Of a DNA stretch of 37,785 nt, positions 30,437-37,785 are shown piece after piece; position 1 is the stretch's first letter; the number at the start of each line of letters is the position of its first letter. The translations under genes and the position numbers were made by a program. The notes beneath the pieces are model-generated. The model did not search any database, was not told where the DNA came from, and worked only from the letters and a program-made list of their open reading frames with translations. This stretch comes from an uncultured Deinococcales bacterium. Lineage in GTDB: Bacteria > Deinococcota > Deinococci > Deinococcales > JAAFIG01. The DNA lies in NCBI GenBank assembly GCA_964244895.1, contig CAXTKV010000024.1, forward strand, positions 1-37,785. Reading direction: 5' to 3'.

Positions 30437-30661
30437 GGTCAGAGGTCGCGAGTCATGGGTCAGAGGTCAGAGCATTTCTGGTCGGTCAGGCTCGAGCGCA
30501 CCGTCCCGCACGCGATATAGAGAACATCGTGTGGGACGGTGTTCGTGCGTGCCACTCCGAGCGCTCCGGCGCGAGATCGCCAACCGATTTTGCTTTTCAC
30601 CCTTGACCTCTGACTCCTGAATTGTTCGACCCGCGACTCGCGACCTGTGTCCCGTGACATC
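30437..30661. repeat. composite: 26 bp element (30491-30544) inside inverted GGTCAGA-type heptamer arrays
   Basis: GGTCAGA GGTCGCG AGTCATG GGTCAGA GGTCAGA; CTCGAGCGCACCGTCCCGCACGC...CGTGTGGGACGGTGTTC; TGACCTC TGACTCC, CGACCCG CGACTCG CGACCTG. Confidence 0.85.
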
Positions 30662-30663
30662 TT

Positions 30664-32952
30664 TCACTCGAGCAGATCGCTCAGGCTGCGCGGGTTCACG
30701 TCCACGCGCACGCGAGCGCCATCGCGGAAGCGGCGGGCGGGCTCGAGGAGGTGCATCAATCGTTCCTGGGTGTCGGTGCGGATCAGCAGGTTATAGGCGT
30801 ACAGACCCTTGATGCGCGCGATCGGGGCCGGGGCTGGCCCGAGGATTTCCGCGTCGGTCGCGCCGCGATCCCGCAGCAGGGCCGCGAGCGTGTTCGCAGC
30901 GCGTTCCGCGTCCGGCGCGCGGCGCGCGGCGAGCTGCACCTGCGCGAGTTGCACGAACGGCGGGTAGTGGTGATTGCGGCGAAGCTCGAGTTCTTCTGCC
31001 GGGTACGCGGCTGCATTCTCACCGTCCAGCACGGCCCGGAGCGCCGGGTGGGTTCCCGCATACGTCTGCACCAGCAACAAGGGCGCTCGGGACGGATGCC
31101 ATTCCAGCAGCGTCCGAAGGAGCGCGTGGTAGCGCTCAGAAGACCTGAAATCCGGGTGCGTCACGAAGGTATCGGCGAACGTGAGCGCCACCAGCGCCAG
31201 GTCGGGCGGCGGCTCGAGGCTCAGCACGGCGGTCGTACCGACGATCACGCCGGGTTCACCCCGGTAGATCGTCTCGAGGTTGTCCTTGCGGTCGCGGTCG
31301 TAACGGTAAATATTCACGCCGGGAAGCAAGCGCTTGAGTTCCTCCGCGATCCATTCGCTGCCGGGACCTTTGGGCGTGAAGATCGTGCCCTCGCAGCGCG
31401 GGCAGCGCTTCTGCGGATGACCCACGTGACCGCACTGGTGGCATTCCAGCGCGCGCCGTTCCGCGTGGTAGCGCAACGGCACGTCGCAGTTCGGGCAGTA
31501 CGGCAACCAGCCGCAATCCTGGCAGCGGATCACGGCGCTGTAGCCGCGCCGGGGCGCGATCAGCACGGCCTGCCGACCGCGCTCCGCGACTTGCTTCAAA
31601 ACTTTCTTGAGCCCGGTCGAAAGCGGCCAGGATTCGCGCGCCATCGGCATCCGGGACAACGGCCCCATCTCCGGGGCTTCGGCCTGCGCGCTGTAATCCA
31701 CCACGTGCAACCGGGCGCGCGGCGGCTCGAGGACGATGCCGGGGCGCAGCAGGGATTCCACGGCGGGCACGGTTCCGGTCGTCACGACCCGCGCGCCGGA
31801 TTGTTCGGCGCGGACGCGCACGGCGTCCGGCACGAAGGTTCTGGTGCCGCCGTGCAGCTTGTACGCGTCCGAGCCCTCGTTTTCCAGCACGATCAGGGCC
31901 AGGTCGGGCAAGGGCGCGAGCAGGGCCATCGGCGTGCCAAAAACGATGTCCGTCTGCCCGTCGCGGGCGCGACGCCAGACTTCCTCGCGCTCGCGGGGGT
32001 TCAGGTCGAAATGCAGCAAGCCGGACGGTCGCACGCCGCCCAACGCCCTGAACGCCCGCTCGAGCGCCGCCCGATCCGGCGCGAGGTACAGCACCCGTCC
32101 GCGCGCGCTTTTGATCAACCTGGCCAGCGCCGCGAAGCGCTCGCCGGGCCTGCCGCCGTGAATTCTGCAATCCTGATCGGTGATTTCCAGGTCGGAATGC
32201 ACCGTCTTAGACGATACTTTCGGCGTTCTGGGTTCGGGCGGCGGCGCGAGTTCAATTGATGTTTCCGCCAGCCCGCGCCGCACCAGCGCGGTCGCGACGG
32301 CGGTGCTGACGCCCGCCTCTCGCGCCCAGGACGCCACGGATTCCGCGCGTCCCAGGCGGTGCAGCACCTCCAGGGCGCGTTTTTGCTTGGGCGTCAGCTT
32401 GAGTTTCGGGTCAACGAAAAGGGCGGGTCGCAAGACCTCGCGCTTGAGTTTCTCGAGGTGCGCAGTTTCCAGCAGCAAACCCTGCGAGCGCAAGAATTCC
32501 AGCAGCGCCGGATCGTGCCCGAGCGCGTCCGACCAGTCCGCCAGAGCTTCCGCGCCGCGCGGCAGTTCAGAAATGTTGACGCCATCCACCAGTTTGACCC
32601 GGTGATCCACGCTGGGTTCCAGCCCGAACGGCACGAAATCCGAGTACGCCAACCCGTCCGGCGCGAGCGTCATCCGGGCAACTTCCAGCACCGTCCTGCA
32701 CGCGTCCGCCGTCAGAAAAGGCGCATCGTCCAGCACGGCGATGGCTTCCTTGAGGTTCAAGCCCCGATCCTGGTTGCCCGCCAGCACCTCGACCACCGCG
32801 CCCACGCGCGACCCGCCCTGCCACGGCACCAGCACGCGACGGCCCAACGGATCGCCCTCGAACCCGTGAGGTTCGAGGAAATCGTAGGCGGGCACCGGCA
32901 GGGGGACGACGACGCGCCAGCGTCCGGGCTGGCGCGCGGGAACTCGAGACAC
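30664..32952 (-). CDS. priA: primosomal protein N' (pseudohelicase type)
   Basis: GRRVLVPW 3'-binding domain, RRGYS, four CxxC pairs, HPDFRSSER, YPPF, ILGPAPAPI. Walker A/B are degenerate. Start estimated at GTG 32952 after TACAAT. Confidence 0.9.
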   Translation of the reverse strand: MSRVPARQPGRWRVVVPLPVPAYDFLEPHGFEGDPLGRRVLVPWQGGSRVGAVVEVLAGNQDRGLNLKEAIAVLDDAPFLTADACRTVLEVARMTLAPDGLAYSDFVPFGLEPSVDHRVKLVDGVNISELPRGAEALADWSDALGHDPALLEFLRSQGLLLETAHLEKLKREVLRPALFVDPKLKLTPKQKRALEVLHRLGRAESVASWAREAGVSTAVATALVRRGLAETSIELAPPPEPRTPKVSSKTVHSDLEITDQDCRIHGGRPGERFAALARLIKSARGRVLYLAPDRAALERAFRALGGVRPSGLLHFDLNPREREEVWRRARDGQTDIVFGTPMALLAPLPDLALIVLENEGSDAYKLHGGTRTFVPDAVRVRAEQSGARVVTTGTVPAVESLLRPGIVLEPPRARLHVVDYSAQAEAPEMGPLSRMPMARESWPLSTGLKKVLKQVAERGRQAVLIAPRRGYSAVIRCQDCGWLPYCPNCDVPLRYHAERRALECHQCGHVGHPQKRCPRCEGTIFTPKGPGSEWIAEELKRLLPGVNIYRYDRDRKDNLETIYRGEPGVIVGTTAVLSLEPPPDLALVALTFADTFVTHPDFRSSERYHALLRTLLEWHPSRAPLLLVQTYAGTHPALRAVLDGENAAAYPAEELELRRNHHYPPFVQLAQVQLAARRAPDAERAANTLAALLRDRGATDAEILGPAPAPIARIKGLYAYNLLIRTDTQERLMHLLEPARRFRDGARVRVDVNPRSLSDLLE

Positions 32953-33167
32953 ACACGATTGTACCGCGCCGCTTTCCAACCCTCTCGATTCAATCCACGG
33001 TTTCCACAGCGCAACCCCAACGCTGCTTTTTGCCTCCCCCGTCAACAGAGAAGGTGGCTCGAGCATCGCCGGTTCTGCGACGTGAGAGACGGGGCTCGCG
33101 GCAACCCCTCCGTGCTGGATCAAAAACGGGCTGATGACACCTCCCGTATTTTGTAGGGGAGGACAAA

Positions 33168-33219
33168 AACACCGTCCAGCACGCGGATCGAAAATCGCGT
33201 GCTGGACGGTGTTCTCGAG
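33168..33219. repeat. CGT-N5-ACG element, 25 bp
   Basis: AACACCGTCCAGCACGCG-GATCGAAAAT-CGCGTGCTGGACGGTGTTCTCGAG. Confidence 0.95.
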
Positions 33220-33230
33220 CAGGGAACATC

Positions 33231-33257
33231 AAAAAAGCGCGCCCCGTGGGGCGCGCT
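33231..33257 (-). terminator. intrinsic terminator after the BMP gene
   Basis: On the minus strand: AGCGCGCCCC-AC-GGGGCGCGCT-TTTTT. Confidence 0.8.
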
Positions 33258-33273
33258 CGATGTTGCGGCGTGC

Positions 33274-34425
33274 TTACTTCTCGGGTTCGTTCGGCCACGG
33301 GCCGACCACGCCAGCGGCGGCCCACTCGAGGCTGGTCAAGTCGCCGACGGTCGCGGTTTTGCCCGCCGCGATGCGCAAGATGCCCTTGCGATCCTTGATC
33401 GGGCCAGTGTACGGATCGAAGCTCGGCTTGGCCTGGCTCATCTGCTTGAGACGCGTCAGAACCGTGTCGTAGACGGTGGTCGTGCCGAACTTCTTGGCCT
33501 TCAAGGGCGCCACGAAGGCCGGGTTGATCGGCTCGCCGACCGCGCCGCCGAGCGACACCGCTTTCTGGCCGAGCAACCACCAGTAATCGACGTTCTCGAG
33601 GTTCTTGTTGGTGTACTCGCCGGACTGGACTTTCTTGACGAAATCGATGTAGATCCCGCTCCAGTCGGCCAGTTGGCCGCTCGGCACGAACTTCGGCGCG
33701 AACTTTTCCATCGGGCTGTAGTGCGAGAACGCGATCGCGCCCTTGGCGGCGGCGGTCTGCACCACGGTCGGCGTGTCTTCGGTGAAAGCGAACGCGTCGT
33801 TGCCGTCGGCCAGCAAGGATTCGGTGGCTTCCTTGGCCTTGTTCGGGTCGAACCAGGCGTTGATCCAGCGCACGTTGACGACGGCTTTCGGGTTGACGGC
33901 TCGAGCCCCCATGGCGAAGGCGTTGATGTGGCGCTTGACTTCGGGGATCGGGAACGCGCCGACGTAGCCCAATTTATTGGTCTTGGTCAGGGCGCCCGCG
34001 ATCATGCCGTTCAGGTAGTAGACCTGGTAGAAATCCGAGAAGTACGTCGCCAGGTTCGGCGCGCGTTTGAAACCGCCCGCGTGCGCGAAGATCACGTCCG
34101 GGTACTTCTTGGCGGCCTCGACGGTGCCGTCCATGTAACCGAAACTGGTCGTGAAAATGACTTTCGCGCCGTCCTGCACGACCTTGTCGATGAACGGGCC
34201 AGCCTGGGCTTCCGGGACGCTCTCGACCTTGACGGTCTCGATGTTGGGGATGGCTTTTTCCAGGGCCAACCGACCCTGCTCGTGCGCGTAGGTCCAGCCG
34301 TAATCGCCGGGCGGGCCGATGTAGATGAACGCGACCTTGAGCTTCATCGCGTCCTGCGCGCCCGTCAGGCCGAGACCCAGCGCGGCCAGCGCCACCAAAC
34401 CGAATTTTGCGAGTGTATTGACCAT
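33274..34425 (-). CDS. BMP family ABC substrate-binding protein (purine/nucleoside)
   Basis: KVAFIYIGPPGDYGWTYAH, IFTTSFGYMD, PIPEVKRHINAF..GA, WFDP; GAGGAGG RBS; divergent from uricase. Confidence 0.92.
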   Translation of the reverse strand: MVNTLAKFGLVALAALGLGLTGAQDAMKLKVAFIYIGPPGDYGWTYAHEQGRLALEKAIPNIETVKVESVPEAQAGPFIDKVVQDGAKVIFTTSFGYMDGTVEAAKKYPDVIFAHAGGFKRAPNLATYFSDFYQVYYLNGMIAGALTKTNKLGYVGAFPIPEVKRHINAFAMGARAVNPKAVVNVRWINAWFDPNKAKEATESLLADGNDAFAFTEDTPTVVQTAAAKGAIAFSHYSPMEKFAPKFVPSGQLADWSGIYIDFVKKVQSGEYTNKNLENVDYWWLLGQKAVSLGGAVGEPINPAFVAPLKAKKFGTTTVYDTVLTRLKQMSQAKPSFDPYTGPIKDRKGILRIAAGKTATVGDLTSLEWAAAGVVGPWPNEPEK

Positions 34426-34529
34426 TCCATCTCCTCCTCGAGTCGGAACTCCGCGCGAATCATACCCGGTGTCAGGCAAAAAGTAGATACCTGATCGGGT
34501 TTGGCGTGACACCGCGAAAGTGACTGGTG

Positions 34530-34665
34530 GCCGCGAGCCATCAGCCGCAAGCCGCAAGAACACCCTCCGGCACGGTATTCCCAGGTGCATGACGACACCG
34601 TCCGGGACGGTCTTCGGCTCGAGGCTTCTCGCTCGAGGCTTGCGGCTTGCGGCTTGCGGCTCGAG
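34530..34665. repeat. composite: 35 bp element (34558-34613) inside inverted GCCGCAA/TTGCGGC heptamer arrays
   Basis: GCCGCGA GCCATCA GCCGCAA GCCGCAA; GAACACCCTCCGGCACG...ACACCGTCCGGGACGGTCTT; GGCTCGA GGCTTCT CGCTCGA (GGCTTGC)x3 GGCTCGA. Confidence 0.85.
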
Positions 34666-34706
34666 CTTATGCCTTACAATCTTGAACACGCTCCGAGGGG
34701 GATTTC

Positions 34707-35627
34707 ATGCGAACAGAGATCAGCTACGGCAAGTTCAACATCTCGTTCCACCGCACCTACGCCAGACCGCTCTCGGGCGTCAGCGCCATCCCGGAGTCGG
34801 CGTTCACGGGTCGAGGCAACGTGCTGTTCGCCGCGGACGTGGATGTCGAGGTCTTCGGGGACAACTTCTTGCCCGCCTACACGGACGGGGACAACTCGAT
34901 GGTGGTCGCCACGGACAGCATGAAAAATTTCGTGCTGACCGAATCCGCCAAGTTTGAAGGCGCGACCCTGGAAGCGTTGCTGGAATTCCTGGCGCGGCGT
35001 TTCATGGAAACCTACGCGCAGATGATGGGCATTCGCGTCAGCGCCCGCGAGTTGCCGTTTAGCGCCGCGCAGATTCCGGGTGCGAACGGTTTCGAGCCGA
35101 GCGGCCTGCTGTACGCGCCCACGCACGACGATTGCGGCACGGCCATGATCGAACTGGAGCGCTCAGAAGGTGGCGTGCGCGTGGTCGATCACCAGTGCGG
35201 ACGGATCGGGATGCAGCTTCTGAAAATCACCGGATCTTCTTTTGCGGCCTTCGTGCGCGACGATTACACGACCCTGCCGGAACTCAAGGACAGGCCATTG
35301 TTCATTCATGCCAACATCCTCTGGCGCTACAAAAGCATCAACGAACTCTTTTCCGGCGATCCCGCCAGGTACGTCGCGCCCGAGCAGATCGCGGACATCG
35401 CGCGGGTGGTCTTTCACGGCTTCAACTCGAAATCGATTCAGGAACTGGTCTACAAGATTGGCGAGCGCATCTTCGAGCGTTTCCCGCAGCTGCGCGAGCT
35501 CGCGTTCGAGGCGCAGAACCGCACCTGGGATAAGGTCGCTGAAGGCGCCGACGAGAAGATCAAGGTCTACTGGCAACCCCGCGCACCCTACGGTCACATC
35601 ACCTTGCGGATGTCCCCGGAAAGCTGA
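34707..35627 (+). CDS. pucL: urate oxidase (uricase)
   Basis: SYGK, GDNSMVVATDSMKN, LLKITGSSF..F.RDDYTTLPE..DRPL, SIQ, NRTW. Confidence 0.93.
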   Translation: MRTEISYGKFNISFHRTYARPLSGVSAIPESAFTGRGNVLFAADVDVEVFGDNFLPAYTDGDNSMVVATDSMKNFVLTESAKFEGATLEALLEFLARRFMETYAQMMGIRVSARELPFSAAQIPGANGFEPSGLLYAPTHDDCGTAMIELERSEGGVRVVDHQCGRIGMQLLKITGSSFAAFVRDDYTTLPELKDRPLFIHANILWRYKSINELFSGDPARYVAPEQIADIARVVFHGFNSKSIQELVYKIGERIFERFPQLRELAFEAQNRTWDKVAEGADEKIKVYWQPRAPYGHITLRMSPES

Positions 35628-35751
35628 TCCCGCGCGCTAGACGGGGGGACCTCGTCCGGTTCGTCCCTCGAAATCGCCGATGCTCGAGCCCCCGATTCAT
35701 CTCGAGGTCGCGCTGGCGAGCCAATTATCACCCCCGACCTCTGATCGGCAA

Positions 35752-35800
35752 AACACCGTCCCAGACGCGATTCTCCGATTCCGTCCGGGACGGTGTTCTC
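35752..35800. repeat. CGT-N5-ACG element, 25 bp
   Basis: AACACCGTCCCAGACGC...CGTCCGGGACGGTGTTCTC. Confidence 0.9.
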
Positions 35801-35840
35801 GCGCACCACACGCGGCGGCGGCGACGTGGTTTTCTAGGGC

Positions 35841-36191
35841 ATGGGAAAGCTCACCACGCACGTCCTGGATACGGCGCACGGCACGCCCGCCGCGAACCTG
35901 GAAATACGCCTGTACGCCGTGCTGAACGGTACGAAAACGCACGTCAAGACGGTGCGCACCAACGCGGACGGTCGGGTGACGGGCGCGCTCTTGGAGGGCG
36001 CAGACCTGAACGTCGGCGTTTACGAACTGGAGTTCTTCGTGGGTGCGTACTTCACCGGCAAGGGCGTGCGCGGGCTCGAGCCGAGGTTCCTGGATGTCGT
36101 ACCCGTGCGCTTCGGTGTGATGGATGGCGCGCACTATCACGTGCCGCTGCTGGTGTCGCCGTTCGGGTACAGCACCTACCGGGGCAGTTGA
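35841..36191 (+). CDS. uraH: 5-hydroxyisourate hydrolase
   Basis: LTTHVLDTAHG.PA, TNADGR, HYHVPLL.SPFGYSTYRGS. Confidence 0.96.
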   Translation: MGKLTTHVLDTAHGTPAANLEIRLYAVLNGTKTHVKTVRTNADGRVTGALLEGADLNVGVYELEFFVGAYFTGKGVRGLEPRFLDVVPVRFGVMDGAHYHVPLLVSPFGYSTYRGS

Positions 36192-36218
36192 TGAGCCCCG
36201 TTCGTTTCAGAGGGAACC

Positions 36219-37466
36219 GTGGCTGACCCGACCGCGCACGCGCTGGCCTCAGAAGCCCTGGAGCGCGTGGATGAACTGGCGCGCCACACCGAGGAACCGG
36301 GGCGTCTGACGCGCACCTACCTGAGCGCCCCGATGAAGTCCGTGCACCAGTTGCTCGAGTTCTGGATGCGCGACGCGGGCATGGCGGTGCGCGTGGACGC
36401 CGTGGGCAACGTCATCGGCAGGTTGGGAAGGGACGACCAGAAAACCCTGATCATCGGTTCGCACGTGGACACCGTGCCGAACGCCGGGCGTTTCGATGGC
36501 AACCTGGGCGTGGTGCTGGGCATCGCGGCGGCCAAAGCCATGAAGGATCGCGGCTTGCCGTTCGCGCTCGAGGTGATCGCGTTTTCCGAAGAAGAAGGTG
36601 TGCGCTTCAGCACGCCGTTCATCGGTTCCCGCGCGGTGGCGGGCACGTTCAACCCGTCCCTGCTGGATCTGGTGGACGCCAAAGGCGTGAGCTTGCGCAA
36701 GGCGATCCTGGACTTCGGCCTCGAGCCGGGCGACATTCCGCGCGCCACGTACAACGCGCAAACCCTGGTCGGGTACCTGGAAGTCCACATCGAGCAAGGC
36801 CCCGTGCTGGAGAGCCTGAACTTGCCTCTGGGCGTGGTCGAGGGCATCGCGGGGCAGACCCGATCGAACCTGGAATTCTACGGTCAGGCCGCGCACGCGG
36901 GCACGACCCCGATGCACCTGCGCCGCGACGCGCTGGCGGGCGCGGTCGCGTTCATGAATGAAATTGAACGCGTGGCCAAGGCCGCGCCGGGACTGGTCGC
37001 GACCGTCGGCAAGCTGGAGGTTTCACCCGGCGCGGGCAACGTCATTCCGGGCGATGTCAGACTCAGCCTGGACGTGCGCCACGTTTCGGACGCCATCCGA
37101 AATCGCGCGGTGGCGGAACTGCTGGACATCGCCTGGCACACCGCGCAACGCCGCAAGCTCGAGTTCAAATTCGAGACCACGCTGGAACAACCCGCGTCCT
37201 TGTGCGACGAATTGCTCTCAGATTTCCTGGCCGACGCGCTGGAAGATTCCAACTACAAGGTTCACCGTCTGCCGTCCGGCGCGGGCCACGACGCGATGAT
37301 CATGGCGGAACTGACGCGCACCGCGATGCTGTTCATCCGTTCCCCGAAAGGTTTATCTCACCACCCGGACGAGAGCGTGATCCCGACCGACGTGACCGCT
37401 GCGCTGCGCGTGATGCTGGAATTCGTCAACAAACTCGAGCGCTGGCAACGCGCCATCCCAAGTTAA
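36219..37466 (+). CDS. allC: allantoate amidohydrolase (M20)
   Basis: GSHVDTVPNAGRFDG, EEEGVRF, EVHIEQGPVLE, HAGTTPM, SGAGHDAM, SHHPDE; lies in the urate cluster. Confidence 0.9.
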   Translation: MADPTAHALASEALERVDELARHTEEPGRLTRTYLSAPMKSVHQLLEFWMRDAGMAVRVDAVGNVIGRLGRDDQKTLIIGSHVDTVPNAGRFDGNLGVVLGIAAAKAMKDRGLPFALEVIAFSEEEGVRFSTPFIGSRAVAGTFNPSLLDLVDAKGVSLRKAILDFGLEPGDIPRATYNAQTLVGYLEVHIEQGPVLESLNLPLGVVEGIAGQTRSNLEFYGQAAHAGTTPMHLRRDALAGAVAFMNEIERVAKAAPGLVATVGKLEVSPGAGNVIPGDVRLSLDVRHVSDAIRNRAVAELLDIAWHTAQRRKLEFKFETTLEQPASLCDELLSDFLADALEDSNYKVHRLPSGAGHDAMIMAELTRTAMLFIRSPKGLSHHPDESVIPTDVTAALRVMLEFVNKLERWQRAIPS

Positions 37467-37520
37467 ACACCGTCCAGCACGGTGTTCTTGGAATGCGCGC
37501 TGGACGGTCTTTTGCTCGAG
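37466..37520. repeat. CGT-N5-ACG element, 25 bp
   Basis: AACACCGTCCAGCACGGTGTTC...CGCGCTGGACGGTCTTTTGCTCGAG. Confidence 0.88.
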
Positions 37521-37542
37521 ACGCAACACAGGAGGCTGCACC

Positions 37543-37785
37543 GTGCCGGAGTTCGATCTCATCGTCAGAAACGGAACGCTCGTCAAGATGGGCGGGCTCG
37601 AGCGGGCGGACATCGGCGTCAGCGATGGTCAGATCTTGGCGTTGGAAACTGAACTCTCGGGTTCCGGGCGCGAGGAAATAGACGCCCGAGGTCTGCACGT
37701 CTTTCCCGGCGCGATCGACGTACACGTACATTTCAACCAGCCCGGACGCACCTACTGGGAAGGCATCCAGACCGGCTCGAGCGCC
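37543..37785 (+). CDS. allB: allantoinase, N-terminal part (runs off window)
   Basis: Own translation: MPEFDLIVRNGTLV...DARGLHVFPGAIDVHVHFNQPGRTYWEG; GGAGG RBS. Confidence 0.88.
   Translation, partial: MPEFDLIVRNGTLVKMGGLERADIGVSDGQILALETELSGSGREEIDARGLHVFPGAIDVHVHFNQPGRTYWEGIQTGSSA

Noticed and set aside
30751..34494. Long plus-strand ORFs opposite priA and BMP (and similar ones elsewhere)
   Set aside because: Antisense shadows expected from GC-rich codon bias; no family motifs.
34464..34500. Possible HucR-like operator or purine riboswitch upstream of the BMP gene
   Set aside because: Only weak similarity (AAGTAGATACCTGA). The hairpin lies upstream of the TATGAT -10, so it would not be in the BMP transcript.

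Overview
GC-rich bacterial chromosome segment, most likely Deinococcota. This is inferred from a pseudohelicase-type PriA, many leaderless genes, stand-alone rplJL, a class I XylA and outer-membrane Skp/beta-barrel genes. Genes in order: partial MATE exporter, rplJ-rplL with L10 leader, a LacI-regulated sugar ABC/GH32 locus, an esterase, a catalytically dead XerC-like gene, a TPR protein, a GT4 glycosyltransferase plus small OM beta-barrel, xylA, comEC, an IS256 remnant truncating a DUF2252-like gene, sodA, a pseudo-receiver histidine kinase, skp, acuB-acuA-acuC, a VapC toxin with an atypical partner, coaD, hslO, HxlR/VOC, a lipoprotein, priA, a BMP lipoprotein and a urate catabolism cluster. 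The most striking signals are non-coding. (1) About 24 copies of an intergenic inverted element, AACAC-CGT-N5-ACG...CGT-N5-ACG-GTGTT. Its two cores lie 25-26 or 34-35 bp apart, one helical turn different, across largely unrelated spacers, which points to a phased protein-DNA site rather than a simple RNA hairpin. (2) About 160 CTCGAG sites by hand count, roughly ten times chance, often abutting the element. All counts are manual; no database searches were run.
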